Position numbers and translations under genes: made by a program. 64,000 nt of DNA from Prochlorococcus sp. AG-449-J16 (GTDB lineage Bacteria; Cyanobacteriota; Cyanobacteriia; PCC-6307; Cyanobiaceae), in the NCBI GenBank assembly GCA_003209565.1, contig QCQK01000003.1, positions 8,656 to 72,655 of the forward strand. The letters run 5' to 3'. Shown here piece after piece: positions 12,010-22,706 of the stretch (the first letter of the stretch is position 1; every line of letters begins with the position of its first letter). Below the pieces are notes generated by a model, which saw only the letters and a program-made list of their open reading frames with translations, did not search any database and was not told the DNA's origin.

Positions 12010-12916
12010 ATATTTTTTGACTAAAAATAATTTTGAACAATTAAGTGATTTAAATGCAGAATTTTTCGAAACTGCAAAATTGTCACTATTAGATCCTTTA
12101 GGTCTTTATTTGGCAAATGATGTTAAGTGGATAAAACTCAACCAAAATTGGAACTCCTTAAAGTTCCCAGTGGTTATGGGAGGAAAAGGTCAACCTATAC
12201 TTCTTCTACATGGCTTTGATAGTAGTTTTTTAGAATTCAGAAGAATATATAAATCACTAAAAAGAAATTTTCAAGTTATCGTACCTGACCTTCTGGGTTT
12301 TGGTTTTAGTCCCAGGTGCGCAACAAATGAATACAATTCCTCGAAAATAATTTCGCATTTAATTGATCTCCTTAAGACATTAAAAATAACAAAGAATCTA
12401 AAAATTATAGGTGCCTCTATGGGAGGCTCAACAGCTTTAAATCTTGCTTATGAAATTCCTGATTCTATTGAAAAAATTATCCTTTTGTCCCCCGCCGGAT
12501 TGTTTGGAGAACCTAAGAGTATCCCTTTTCCTCTTAACCAAATTGGCGCCTCATTTCTTGGATTGCCTCAGGTTAGAAAAAGTCTTTGTAGGCAAGCATT
12601 TGCTTTTCCAGATGAATGCGTTGGCAAGATGGAAGAGCAAATTGCTTCAATTCATTTAGGTTGTAAAGGATGGAGGAATTCACTTGCATCATTTGCAAAA
12701 AGTGGTGGGTTTGCAGGAACTCTAAAATATATCCAAAATATCCCAATTAAAACATTATGTGGAGAAAATGATCGAATTCTTGGAAAAAAAGAGCTTAAAA
12801 AAATAGGAAATATTGAAAAATTAAATTTTGTAGGGTTACAAAATTGTGGTCATCTTCCGCATATAGATCTACCCTCATTATCTAGTAAAATTATCCAAGA
12901 TTATTTTTTGGAATAA
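11984..12916 (+). CDS. Alpha/beta hydrolase
   Basis: LLHGFDSS, GASMGG nucleophile elbow, GENDRIL, CGHLPH; true start probably slightly downstream. Confidence 0.9.
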   Translation: MNNKKLKHKYFLTKNNFEQLSDLNAEFFETAKLSLLDPLGLYLANDVKWIKLNQNWNSLKFPVVMGGKGQPILLLHGFDSSFLEFRRIYKSLKRNFQVIVPDLLGFGFSPRCATNEYNSSKIISHLIDLLKTLKITKNLKIIGASMGGSTALNLAYEIPDSIEKIILLSPAGLFGEPKSIPFPLNQIGASFLGLPQVRKSLCRQAFAFPDECVGKMEEQIASIHLGCKGWRNSLASFAKSGGFAGTLKYIQNIPIKTLCGENDRILGKKELKKIGNIEKLNFVGLQNCGHLPHIDLPSLSSKIIQDYFLE

Positions 12917-12928
12917 AAGATTTCTTAA

Positions 12929-13786
12929 TTAATTTAGATACTTGAGAATTATAAAAACATAATACAAAACAGATGGAGTAAAGATGTAACTGTCAATTCT
13001 GTCAAGAATCCCTCCATGTCCCGGTAAAAAAGTTCCGGAATCTTTTATTTTTGCATCTCTCTTCATCATAGATTCAATTAAATCTCCAACTAATGCCATA
13101 AGAGAAATTGAAATTCCATATATTATTCCAACAAATAATGGATTTTCCCAATTCAATAAAAATGCGAAAATTATTGCTAGTAAAGTTGAACAGGATATTC
13201 CTCCAATTAAACCTTCTATAGTTTTGCTCGGAGATATTGGAGATAGAGATGTTTTACCAAATGACTTCCCAATGAAATAAGAACCAATATCACTAGCTAC
13301 AATTAAAAAGCAAGAAGTTAAAGTTAAATGCAGACCTGTAGTATTTGATAAGTTCTCAAACGACATAAAACTCTGATTTGAACTGATCATCACTGAATCT
13401 AATCCCCTTAACTTAATCCAGTAACTAGGTAAAAAACCTAAATAGAATAATCCAAAAATAGAGGCTGCAATATCTGAAATTGTCCCAGGTTTTGGTTGCA
13501 AAAGTAACCAAGTACATATCCCAACTGAACAGATTGGCAAAATTGAATTTGAAATTTCTCCTTCAAGCACACCAATAGTCTCGAGATAAGTAGAAACTAT
13601 AATAATAAAGGATGAAAATAATGTGGTTTTTGTAGCTGGTCTTATTCCTTTAAATTCTGCCATTCTAAAAAATTCTAATAATGCTAGATATGTAAGCAAA
13701 GCAGTTGCCAATGTAAAAAACCATCCCCCCAACAAAACAACAATTAAACCAAAAATTCCTATAAGTAACCCGCTTCTTAATCTCAT
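12929..13786 (-). CDS. cdsA: Phosphatidate cytidylyltransferase
   Basis: Multi-TM; SPSKTIEG and KDSGTFLPGHGGILDRIDS signatures. Confidence 0.96.
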   Translation of the reverse strand: MRLRSGLLIGIFGLIVVLLGGWFFTLATALLTYLALLEFFRMAEFKGIRPATKTTLFSSFIIIVSTYLETIGVLEGEISNSILPICSVGICTWLLLQPKPGTISDIAASIFGLFYLGFLPSYWIKLRGLDSVMISSNQSFMSFENLSNTTGLHLTLTSCFLIVASDIGSYFIGKSFGKTSLSPISPSKTIEGLIGGISCSTLLAIIFAFLLNWENPLFVGIIYGISISLMALVGDLIESMMKRDAKIKDSGTFLPGHGGILDRIDSYIFTPSVLYYVFIILKYLN

Positions 13787-13795
13787 ATGAAATTG

Positions 13796-15193
13796 CTATG
13801 TTTCTAAGACTCTTATATTAAAATTTACCAGATCCTTGTTGCATAAACTTTGATTATTTATCCAATTAAACCTATCCATATCAATTTTTTCGCCAGGAAC
13901 TAGTAGAGGTATCCCAGGAGGATAAGGGCAAATAATATCTCCAGATATTTTATTTAATGATTGTGAGAAAGGAATACTCCGACTCTTACTTCTCCAAGCA
14001 ATTCCAATTTCGATTTCGGGAGCTTGAACTAATTTAAAGGGCGATCTGAGCACTTCTAAACTTTTTGATTTTTTGGAATTTAATAGTAATTTTTTCCATA
14101 ACTTTTCAAATAAATTAAGAAAATCTTTTTGATTTCCAAATCCTAAGCAAAAAGTGAGAGTCATCATTTCTGGTAATTCGGCAATAAGTCCATTTCTATA
14201 AAAAAAATTATCAGCAGTAAAACCATCAATCCCAGCCTTATAGGTATTTACTACAATTTTTAAGGGGTCTTGAGTTTCTATGAGAGGAATATTTTTTTGA
14301 ATTAATTTTCTATAAATACTTTTTGCCTCTAAAATTCTTTTTTGATATTTTGATAAACTTTTTTTGTTAAGCCAGTCTCTAATAGACTCTTCACAAGAAG
14401 AAAGTAATAAGGAACTTGGACTGGTGGTTTGCAGCAAATTAATACTTTTGATTAATTTATATTCATTTATTAGATTCCCTTTGTACCAAAGCGCCGCTGT
14501 TTGAGTTAATCCATTGAGTGACTTATGTAATGAATTAACCACTAAATCAGCGTTTGATGATAGGGCTGGTTTTGGTAAATTAAGATTTTCACAAAAAAGG
14601 AAATATGAACCATGGGCTTCATCAACTAAAACAGGTAAATTTTTTTGATGACAACAATCTATTAAAGGCTCTAAATCTCCGGCATAACCATGATAAGAGG
14701 GGTTTACAAGAATAACCCCTGCAATTTTATTCTCATCAAAATTTAATTTTTCAAATACATTTTCCAACCAAATTTTTGTAATTGGTTTGTAATGACCCGT
14801 TACGGTTGAAAATTCTAAGTCAAAAAATATTGGATTTATATTCTGCATCGCACAGATTTTTATGACACTTATATGAACATTTCTAGGCATCAGGATATTT
14901 TCGCCTGGATTTGCCATTGCAATTACTGCTGATTGTATTAATCCGGAAGCTCCATTAACTCCAAAAAAGCATCCTTTAGCCCCAAACTTGTCGGAGAATT
15001 CTCTTTGAGATTTAGCAATTAATCCGCTATGGGATAGTGGGGAGCCTATTTCTGGTAGTTCGGGTAAGTCCCAATACCCAGGTGGATTTTTTAACAACTT
15101 CACTAATTTATTTGGTAGAGCTGCCCCTCTGTTATGAGCGGGAAAGAATAAAGACTTTAAAAACTTTTTAGTCAGAAAAGATGAAATGCTCAT
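13796..15193 (-). CDS. Orn/Lys/Arg decarboxylase family (PLP fold type I)
   Basis: FPAH, VNGAS, VDEAHG, SLHKSL PLP lysine, TTSPS, PYPPGIP. Confidence 0.9.
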   Translation of the reverse strand: MSISSFLTKKFLKSLFFPAHNRGAALPNKLVKLLKNPPGYWDLPELPEIGSPLSHSGLIAKSQREFSDKFGAKGCFFGVNGASGLIQSAVIAMANPGENILMPRNVHISVIKICAMQNINPIFFDLEFSTVTGHYKPITKIWLENVFEKLNFDENKIAGVILVNPSYHGYAGDLEPLIDCCHQKNLPVLVDEAHGSYFLFCENLNLPKPALSSNADLVVNSLHKSLNGLTQTAALWYKGNLINEYKLIKSINLLQTTSPSSLLLSSCEESIRDWLNKKSLSKYQKRILEAKSIYRKLIQKNIPLIETQDPLKIVVNTYKAGIDGFTADNFFYRNGLIAELPEMMTLTFCLGFGNQKDFLNLFEKLWKKLLLNSKKSKSLEVLRSPFKLVQAPEIEIGIAWRSKSRSIPFSQSLNKISGDIICPYPPGIPLLVPGEKIDMDRFNWINNQSLCNKDLVNFNIRVLET

Positions 15194-15257
15194 AAAGTAT
15201 TATTGACATATATAGAATGGGATACATGGTAATCTTTTTTGATATTTTTTAACTTTA

Positions 15258-16913
15258 ATGAAAAAATCTTATTCGGAATATTCAGCAAAAGAAGATTTTT
15301 TTTGGTTGATTTTGAGACCATGGATTTTTATCCCAAGAGTTTTATATATCCTTTTAACTTTTATTTTTCTTTTTTTAAGAATACTTTTTCAAGGTAACAG
15401 TAAAAATAAAAATGTACAAAAAAATCTCTCGAAATATCTTTTTGATGTAATAACGGATTTAGGACCTTGTTTTATCAAATTAGGCCAAGCACTCTCAACT
15501 AGACCAGATCTTGTTAGACAAGATTGGCTTACTGAACTTACAAACTTACAAGATAATCTCCCAGCATTTGATCACAAAATTGCTTTAAAAATTATTGAAG
15601 AGGAACTTGGATCCCCTGCTAATGAATTATTTGAAGAGTTTCCAGATAGTCCTATTGCTTCAGCAAGCTTAGGTCAAGTTTATAAAGCAAAATTAAATAA
15701 TTCTTATCTAGCTGTGAAAGTACAGCGGCCAAATTTATACTTCCTTATAAGAAGGGATGTTGTAATCTTAAGGTTTTTAGGAACTTTTTTATCCCCACTT
15801 TTACCATTAAATATAGGTGTTGGGATTGGAGAGATAATAGATGAATTCGGTAAGGCACTTTTTGATGAAATTGACTATCAAAAAGAGGCTGAAAATGCTT
15901 TGAGGTTTGCAAATTTATTCAAAGAAAATCCAAATATTTTTATTCCTAAATTAGAAAAACAGTTTTCATCCAAAAGGGTAATCACAACCTCTTGGATTGA
16001 TGGAGTTAAGTTAAGAGATCGATTTTTACTAGAGGAAAATAACTTAATACCTGCTTCGTTTATAAAAACATGTGTCATCAGTGGACTGCAGCAATTATTT
16101 GAATTTGGATATTTTCATGCAGACCCACATCCAGGAAATATGTTTGCTCTCAAAGGAGGAAATTCAGATTTTGGGAATTTAGCTTATGTTGATTTTGGAA
16201 TGATGGATACTATTACAAATTCAGATAGACTAACTCTTATTAAGGCAATTGTTCACATAATAAATGAAGAATATTATCTTCTCGCGGAAGATTTCCAGAA
16301 ATTAGGTTTTTTAACCAAAGAACAAGATCTTCAAAAACTTGTTGAACCATTAAAAGAAGTTCTAGGAGGATCTTTTGGCGCTGAGGTTGGTAATTTTAAT
16401 CTTAAAAATGTAACTGACAAATTCTCAAAACTAATGTATTCCTATCCTTTCAGAGTTCCCAGTAGATTTGCCTTAATAATAAGAGCAGTTGTGAGTCAAG
16501 AGGGTTTAGCACTAAGGCTAGATCCTGAATTTAAAATTCTAAAAATAGCTTATCCATATATTGCAAAAAAACTACTGACCGATAATTCTGACGAGATTTT
16601 AGACATACTTTTAGAAGTAGTTTTTGATAAAAAAGGTCAAATTCAAATAGAAAAAGTTGAAAGTTTACTAAATATTTTATTTAAAGATTCAGAGAATATT
16701 AATTCAGATCTCATACCAGTAGCGAACGCTGGATTGAAATTATTTATCAGTAAAAAAGGATCCGAAGTTAGGAAGAATCTTCTTTTAAGTCTTATAAAAG
16801 ATGAAAAATTAGAATTTACTGATGCAAAAAAACTCTTAGCTTTAATTAGAGATACTTTTAGCCCTTTAAATATTGCAAAAAGTGCAGTACAAAATATATT
16901 TTCAACTGTTTAA
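15258..16913 (+). CDS. ABC1/UbiB atypical kinase
   Basis: GPCFIKLGQALSTRPD, ASASLGQVY, AVKVQRP, FHADPHPGN, DFG. Confidence 0.94.
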   Translation: MKKSYSEYSAKEDFFWLILRPWIFIPRVLYILLTFIFLFLRILFQGNSKNKNVQKNLSKYLFDVITDLGPCFIKLGQALSTRPDLVRQDWLTELTNLQDNLPAFDHKIALKIIEEELGSPANELFEEFPDSPIASASLGQVYKAKLNNSYLAVKVQRPNLYFLIRRDVVILRFLGTFLSPLLPLNIGVGIGEIIDEFGKALFDEIDYQKEAENALRFANLFKENPNIFIPKLEKQFSSKRVITTSWIDGVKLRDRFLLEENNLIPASFIKTCVISGLQQLFEFGYFHADPHPGNMFALKGGNSDFGNLAYVDFGMMDTITNSDRLTLIKAIVHIINEEYYLLAEDFQKLGFLTKEQDLQKLVEPLKEVLGGSFGAEVGNFNLKNVTDKFSKLMYSYPFRVPSRFALIIRAVVSQEGLALRLDPEFKILKIAYPYIAKKLLTDNSDEILDILLEVVFDKKGQIQIEKVESLLNILFKDSENINSDLIPVANAGLKLFISKKGSEVRKNLLLSLIKDEKLEFTDAKKLLALIRDTFSPLNIAKSAVQNIFSTV

Positions 16914-17021
16914 TTTTTATATTTATAGTTAATTAATTTACCTATGAATTTAATTCTATTAGGATTGGATATAATATTCTAAAAATGAGAAGTAAAGGAT
17001 TATTTAGCTTTTGAAGATTAA

Positions 17022-17516
17022 ATGAATATTTTTAAAAATCTCTTTTTATTTAATAAAAAATCTGAAAAAAATAAAGAATTTAGTCCTGGATTGGTTGACC
17101 AATCTTTAGAAATTGCGAAGTTAGTAAAAGAAGCAAGAATTCAACAAAAACTAACAATAAAAGAACTGTCACAAATATCAAAAATTCCTATACAAACAAT
17201 AAATTCTATAGAGAACAATAATAAAAACATTAGACCAAAGTATCCTTTTATAAGATCCATATTGTTTAAATTAGAGGAATGCTTAGTATTAAAAAAAAAT
17301 ACATTAGTAAATTTAGCAATTAGAGAAAAAGAAACTTTTAAGAAACAAAAAAAGGAATTTCTTTTAAGAAAATTTGATCTTATAAATACTTGGCAGGGAA
17401 GTTTATTATATTTTTTTATTTTAATGTCTACAATATTTATTTTAAAGAGATACTTTATTTTAAATGTTAATGTTATTGATATTCAGAATATTGAGAATAA
17501 AATCCTTGATAAATAA
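17022..17516 (+). CDS. XRE helix-turn-helix membrane protein (short RodZ-like)
   Basis: EARIQQKLTIKELSQISKIP...INSIE HTH followed by one C-terminal TM segment. Confidence 0.7.
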   Translation: MNIFKNLFLFNKKSEKNKEFSPGLVDQSLEIAKLVKEARIQQKLTIKELSQISKIPIQTINSIENNNKNIRPKYPFIRSILFKLEECLVLKKNTLVNLAIREKETFKKQKKEFLLRKFDLINTWQGSLLYFFILMSTIFILKRYFILNVNVIDIQNIENKILDK

Positions 17517-17530
17517 GCTTGAAAAAGTCT

Positions 17531-19051
17531 CTATTTTCTTGTTCTTCCAAATTGACATCCAAGCTCACTAAAGTTTCTAATATCTTCCTCTATTTCATCT
17601 AAAGGTTTATTTAGTCTCCATTTCCAGTTGTTTTTTGTAGTACCAGGTATATTTAATCTACTAGAGTCATCTAGAGATAATATATCTTGGATTGGAGCAA
17701 TAAAAAGATTAGCATTTGTTCCCATACCTATTTTAATTAAACTCCATGAAGGATTTTCTGAAAATTTGAACTCATCTTTGATTCGTTTTTTGGAGTAATT
17801 ATCTAAACATTCCCACCATGAGAGGGAAGTCGAGTTATCGTGAGTTCCTGTATAAACTACCCAATTTTCTCCTTTAATATTTTTAGGCAAATATGGGTTA
17901 TCATCATTCCCATCAAAAGCGAATTGTAAGATCTTCATGCCAGGAAGTTCAAAATTGTCCCTTAATTTTTCTACATCAGGAGTAATAACTCCAAGATCCT
18001 CCGCGATAATTGGTAGATAATCGGTCCCTAAATCATTTTTTAGTTTTTTTAGTAAAGTTCTTCCTGGAGAATTTATCCATTTTCCACTAATTGCTGTTTT
18101 AGATTTGCCATTAACTCTCCAGTAACCCGACAAAGCTCTGAAATGATCTAATCTTAATAAATCTACGAGTTTAAATTGCCTTTTAAATCTTTTTCTCCAC
18201 CAATCAAAATTTGTCTTCTTATGTTTTGACCAAAAGTAAGTTGGTGTTCCCCATAATTGCCCTATTGATGAAAAATAATCAGGTGGCACCCCACTTTGAA
18301 AAATTAAGTCTCCATTTTTAAAAATTGAGAATAATGATTTATTACTCCATACATCGGCGCTGTCCCTAGAAACATAAAAGGGCAAATCTCCAATTAACTT
18401 TACATTATATAATTTTGCATAATTTTTAATTGCTTTCCATTGCTCATCTAAATGCCACTGAATTAATTTCTGAATAAGTATCTTTTCACTGTTTTTCTTT
18501 ATCCAAGATTTTAAAGTCTTGTTGTTTTTTATTTTAAAGTCTTGAGGCCATTCCCACCAAGGCAACATATTAAATTCCTCACGGATAACAACAAATGTTG
18601 CATAATCTTCAACCCAAGAATTCTTACTAATCCATTTATAAAAATCGAGCTTTCTCTCTTTAGATTGGATGCCCCAATATTGCAAAAGAAGAGAGCCTAT
18701 TTTTTTTAATAAATCATCTGCAACATCAAAGTCAAAGTGATTCTTATTCTGATTTTTGTGTCCTAATTCTTCTTGATTAGAAATGAAGATAAAACCTTTC
18801 TCGATTAAATAATCTATATCAAGAAACCATGGGTTAAGAGCAAAACTTGATGGTGAACTATACGGAGATCCTGTAGAGTCAGTTGGTGTAAGAGGTAAAA
18901 ATTGCCAATATTTTATCCCATGCTTATGAAGCTTTTTTATCCACTCTTTAGCCCCTCTACCAAAAGTTCCACATTCTCTTCCTCCTGGTATACATGAAGG
19001 ATGCATAAGTACGCCTAACGATTTTTTTGTAAGAACATTCTGAAGAGGCAT
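17531..19051 (-). CDS. malQ: 4-alpha-glucanotransferase (GH77)
   Basis: GVLMHP, SPYSS, GDLPFYV, RLDHFR, IAEDLG, YTGTHDN. Confidence 0.96.
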   Translation of the reverse strand: MPLQNVLTKKSLGVLMHPSCIPGGRECGTFGRGAKEWIKKLHKHGIKYWQFLPLTPTDSTGSPYSSPSSFALNPWFLDIDYLIEKGFIFISNQEELGHKNQNKNHFDFDVADDLLKKIGSLLLQYWGIQSKERKLDFYKWISKNSWVEDYATFVVIREEFNMLPWWEWPQDFKIKNNKTLKSWIKKNSEKILIQKLIQWHLDEQWKAIKNYAKLYNVKLIGDLPFYVSRDSADVWSNKSLFSIFKNGDLIFQSGVPPDYFSSIGQLWGTPTYFWSKHKKTNFDWWRKRFKRQFKLVDLLRLDHFRALSGYWRVNGKSKTAISGKWINSPGRTLLKKLKNDLGTDYLPIIAEDLGVITPDVEKLRDNFELPGMKILQFAFDGNDDNPYLPKNIKGENWVVYTGTHDNSTSLSWWECLDNYSKKRIKDEFKFSENPSWSLIKIGMGTNANLFIAPIQDILSLDDSSRLNIPGTTKNNWKWRLNKPLDEIEEDIRNFSELGCQFGRTRK

Positions 19052-19305
19052 GTTTTAATTATATTTTGATTCTTTAAAATTAAATTGTTATTAATTCTCT
19101 AAATTCAACGATATACAAAAATTTATTTATTGACAAATAATACCTAATACTAGGGTTTTACAGAAAACTCAAAAGAAACCGTTTTTGGTCGAGATTTTCT
19201 AGATTTTGTTTAATAGATGTGACTTTTGAAAAGATCTAGTCATTATCTTTTGCGAAATTCAGATAAACGACTACGATAAGTACATAGTGTTATATTGCTA
19301 ATTTC

Positions 19306-20301
19306 GTGACAAGTTTTATCACGGCAGTGCAGAATAAAGAATCAAATTTTAATCTAAGTAATAGTAGATTAAGGCTCGTAAGTGGAACAACCAACCCTAA
19401 ATTAGCTGAAGAAATAGCATCATACTTAGGGATTGAAAATGTACCTTTAATATCTAAACGGTTTGCCGATGGAGAACTTTATGTTCAGATACAGCAATCT
19501 ATTAGAGGTTGCGATGTATTCCTCATACAACCGACATGCGCCCCTGTAAACGATAGTTTAATGGAGCTTATGATAATGGTCGATGCTTGCAAAAGAGCAT
19601 CTGCAAGACAAATAACTGCGGTTATCCCTTATTTTGGATATGCAAGGGCAGATAGAAAAACTTCTGGAAGAGAATCTATAACTGCAAAACTCACCGCTAA
19701 TTTACTAGAGAAATCAGGAGTCGATAGAGTTCTTGCTATGGATTTACATTCGGCCCAAATACAAGGTTATTTCGATATCCCATGTGATCATATTTACGGG
19801 TCACCTGTTTTGATTGATTATTTAGAATCTTTAAATTTAGAGGAAGTTGTAGTAGTCTCTCCTGACGTAGGTGGGGTGGCAAGAGCGAGAGCATTTGCAA
19901 AATTAATGAAGGACGCTCCATTGGCGATAATTGACAAAAGGCGATCAGCTCATAATATTGCCGAAAGTTTAACAGTTATTGGCGAAGTTAAAGGTAAAAC
20001 GGCTATTCTTATTGACGATATGATAGATACAGGTGGCACAATTTGTTCTGGAGCTAACTTATTAAAAAAAGAGGGAGCTAATAGAATATTTGCATGTGCT
20101 TCGCATGCTGTCTTTTCTCCTCCTTCTTATGAAAGATTAAGTACTAAAGATTTATTTGAACAAGTTATTGTGACTAACAGTATACCAGTTCTTGTTAAAG
20201 ATAATTTCTCACAGTTAAAAGTCCTTTCTGTAGCAAACATGCTAGGTGAAGCCATTTGGAGAATTCACGAAGAAAGTTCCGTTAGTTCAATGTTTAGATA
20301 A
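19306..20301 (+). CDS. prs: Ribose-phosphate pyrophosphokinase
   Basis: FADGE, PYFGYARADRK, VSPDVGG, DDMIDTGGT. Confidence 0.98.
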   Translation: MTSFITAVQNKESNFNLSNSRLRLVSGTTNPKLAEEIASYLGIENVPLISKRFADGELYVQIQQSIRGCDVFLIQPTCAPVNDSLMELMIMVDACKRASARQITAVIPYFGYARADRKTSGRESITAKLTANLLEKSGVDRVLAMDLHSAQIQGYFDIPCDHIYGSPVLIDYLESLNLEEVVVVSPDVGGVARARAFAKLMKDAPLAIIDKRRSAHNIAESLTVIGEVKGKTAILIDDMIDTGGTICSGANLLKKEGANRIFACASHAVFSPPSYERLSTKDLFEQVIVTNSIPVLVKDNFSQLKVLSVANMLGEAIWRIHEESSVSSMFR

Positions 20302-20310
20302 TCAACTAAA

Positions 20311-20757
20311 TTATTTTTTATTTTGCTTAACAAGTTGCTTTAACCTTTCTTCATAGTCATTTTTAATATTATTTGGGATGCTTTCAGGACAAATATTAAG
20401 TGCACTTCCAACAATCTGAAATGTGCCCGCATTATATATTCTTTTTTCGTCAAGCTTTTTATTTCCTAATTCCTTAATGGCCCCACCATGCTTGCCAATT
20501 ATCACATTTGCAAATGTTGCACTGGCAATCCCAAGACCCTTCTTGAAATCAACTTCAGCTTTAGAAGCTATGCAAAGGTAGGATGCCCCCATTTGTCGAT
20601 ACAGGAAAAGATCTTTTTCAGAAGCAGGGATTAAATTTTGCTCTGCTTTAGTTTGTTTGTTTATTGAATTAATCTCAAAAAGTGTAAAGGGTAAAATAAG
20701 GCTTGTCCCCAACAACTTTAGAATTCTTTTTGAATAAATATTAATACCCATTAACAA
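20311..20757 (-). CDS. Conserved hypothetical exported protein (picocyanobacterial)
   Basis: N-terminal signal-like segment; YLC and ICP cysteines; fills the intergenic gap. Confidence 0.7.
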   Translation of the reverse strand: MLMGINIYSKRILKLLGTSLILPFTLFEINSINKQTKAEQNLIPASEKDLFLYRQMGASYLCIASKAEVDFKKGLGIASATFANVIIGKHGGAIKELGNKKLDEKRIYNAGTFQIVGSALNICPESIPNNIKNDYEERLKQLVKQNKK

Positions 20758-20811
20758 AAAAGATTTACTTCAAGATAACATTTTTTTTTAACCATTTATT
20801 GATAATAGGAC

Positions 20812-21354
20812 TTACTTAATAATTTTTATTTCGTGATGATTCTCGACTATTTTTAATTTATTTTTGTTCCATGAATATATTACTCTGAACCTATAATTAT
20901 CCGAATCTACTAGTCTTGTGTGTTCAAGAATATGCCAATCTTCATAAGAAGATTCAAAAATCATTTCGTGTTCATCAACTTGCTTAATATTTGATATACC
21001 CTCAACATTACTTAAATAAAAATTTTCTCTAACAAGTTGGTGACCCTTTAAAAATGCTTGCATTTCACCTTTTTCTTTGTAATGAGGATTTTCTTCAAAG
21101 AACTTATATTTCTTTTCTGGATACCAGGTAAATTTATAGTGCGACTCCCATTCAGATTTATTCTCAAGAGCTTGAATATTTATATTCATGGATAATGTAT
21201 AAGCTCTTTGTTTTTCGTTAAGAAAATATGTTCTATTAGATTTCCAAAATCCAATATTTCTAGAAAACCACCTTTTTAAATTGCTATTTAAACTAATTTC
21301 TGGAGAATTATTTTCACCAAAATTTAAATTTTTCTTTTGATTAATAAAAACCAT
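20812..21354 (-). CDS. CpcS/CpeS-like phycobiliprotein lyase family protein
   Basis: WFSRNIGFWKSNRTY resembles the S-type lyase N-terminal motif (F..S.G.W.S.R); beta-rich, with ENHHEIK near the C-terminus. Confidence 0.6.
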   Translation of the reverse strand: MVFINQKKNLNFGENNSPEISLNSNLKRWFSRNIGFWKSNRTYFLNEKQRAYTLSMNINIQALENKSEWESHYKFTWYPEKKYKFFEENPHYKEKGEMQAFLKGHQLVRENFYLSNVEGISNIKQVDEHEMIFESSYEDWHILEHTRLVDSDNYRFRVIYSWNKNKLKIVENHHEIKIIK

Positions 21355-21460
21355 TTATAAAAAAAACCTATCTATTTCATAGCTTATTTGTAGAATAAAA
21401 ATAAATATCTTAAGGTGTTTATAAGGATTAACAGCTTTTCAACACTTCAGGGCGAATCAT

Positions 21461-22579
21461 TTGAATGATAAAAAAGAGCTAAAATTAATACTAGTTGCAT
21501 CTAGAAATCAACTTTCTAGTGGAGATATTAAATCTCTCATAGCTTATTTAGAGTCAGATGATTGTGAATTTGAGATATCCCTTCAGATTTCTGAACCAAC
21601 CGAACAACCTGAATTACTTGAATTACATAGATTAGTGGCTATACCAGCTCTTATAAAGGTTTCTCCAGCTCCCAAGCAAATATTTGCAGGAAGTAATATA
21701 TTCTCTCAGCTACAGAAATGGTTGCCAAGGTGGACACAGGAAGGCCTGACAAAAAATCTAGGGATTAATTTGCAACCATCCAAAATGGATTCAATCAGGA
21801 CTCAAAAAGAATTTCTTCTGGAAGACGAACTTCTTGTTTTAAGACAAGAAAATGAGACATTAACAAAAAGAATAGAATCTCAGGAAAGATTATTGAGGAT
21901 GGTCGCCCATGAATTGAGAACCCCCTTAACTGCAGCCACTTTGGCTGTTCAAAGTCAAAAGCTTGGACAAATAGATATTTCAAAATTGCAAGAGGTAATT
22001 AAAAGACGTTTAGAAGAAATTGAACTATTATCTCAGGATCTTTTAGAGGTTGGAACAACAAAATGGGAAGCTTTATTCAATCCTCAAAAAATTGACTTAG
22101 GTAATATTAGCGCTGAAGTAATACTTGAATTAGAGAAATTCTGGAGATTGAGGAATATTGAAATTGATACTGATATCCCATCTGATCTACCAAGTGTATT
22201 CGCAGATCAAAGAAGAATGAGGCAAGTATTTTTAAATTTAATTGAAAATGCTATTAAATTTTCTAAAGATTCTGGATCAATTAAAATCACAATGATTCAT
22301 AAGACAACTCAATGGGTAGAAATAACAATTTGTGACAAAGGTGCTGGTATTCCCATGAGCGAACAAAAAAGAATTTTTCTTGATAGAGTTAGGCTCCCAC
22401 AGACTTCCGAAGGAACTTCAGGATTCGGGATAGGATTATCTGTATGCAGGAGAATAGTACAAGTCCATGGAGGAAGAATTTGGGTGGTATCTGAAATTGG
22501 CGAAGGTTCTTGCTTCCATTTTACCGTTCCTGTGTGGCAAGGACAAAATAAAGAGCAACAATACTTGACGAAAGGCTAG
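21461..22579 (+). CDS. sasA: Circadian output sensor histidine kinase SasA
   Basis: KaiB-like N-terminus ([25 protein letters not shown]), H-box [10 protein letters not shown]1/G2 boxes. Confidence 0.93.
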   Translation: MNDKKELKLILVASRNQLSSGDIKSLIAYLESDDCEFEISLQISEPTEQPELLELHRLVAIPALIKVSPAPKQIFAGSNIFSQLQKWLPRWTQEGLTKNLGINLQPSKMDSIRTQKEFLLEDELLVLRQENETLTKRIESQERLLRMVAHELRTPLTAATLAVQSQKLGQIDISKLQEVIKRRLEEIELLSQDLLEVGTTKWEALFNPQKIDLGNISAEVILELEKFWRLRNIEIDTDIPSDLPSVFADQRRMRQVFLNLIENAIKFSKDSGSIKITMIHKTTQWVEITICDKGAGIPMSEQKRIFLDRVRLPQTSEGTSGFGIGLSVCRRIVQVHGGRIWVVSEIGEGSCFHFTVPVWQGQNKEQQYLTKG

Positions 22580-22594
22580 CCTTACTCTTAATTT
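22565..22594 (+). promoter_or_regulatory. Putative sigma70 promoter for tRNA-Glu overlapping the sasA 3' end
   Basis: TTGACG (22565-70), 18-nt spacer, TAATTT (22589-94), ending 26 nt upstream of the tRNA. Confidence 0.45.
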
Positions 22595-22620
22595 TTAATA
22601 AGCTGTTGAGCTAATTTCCT

Positions 22621-22693
22621 GGCCCCATCGTCTAGAGGCCTAGGACACCTCCCTTTCACGGAGGCGACAGGGGTTCGAATCCCCTTGGGGCTA
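22621..22693 (+). tRNA. trnE: tRNA-Glu (UUC)
   Basis: GGCCCCATCGTCTAGAGGCCTAGGACACCTCCCTTTCACGGAGGCGACAGGGGTTCGAATCCCCTTGGGGCTA: full cloverleaf, anticodon TTC, CCA not encoded. Confidence 0.97.
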
Positions 22694-22706
22694 TTTTAAA
22701 AATAAA

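Noticed and set aside
22621-22706. tRNA-Glu as a possible island integration site
   Set aside because: No integrase, no repeat of the tRNA 3' end seen, and core genes flank it on both sides
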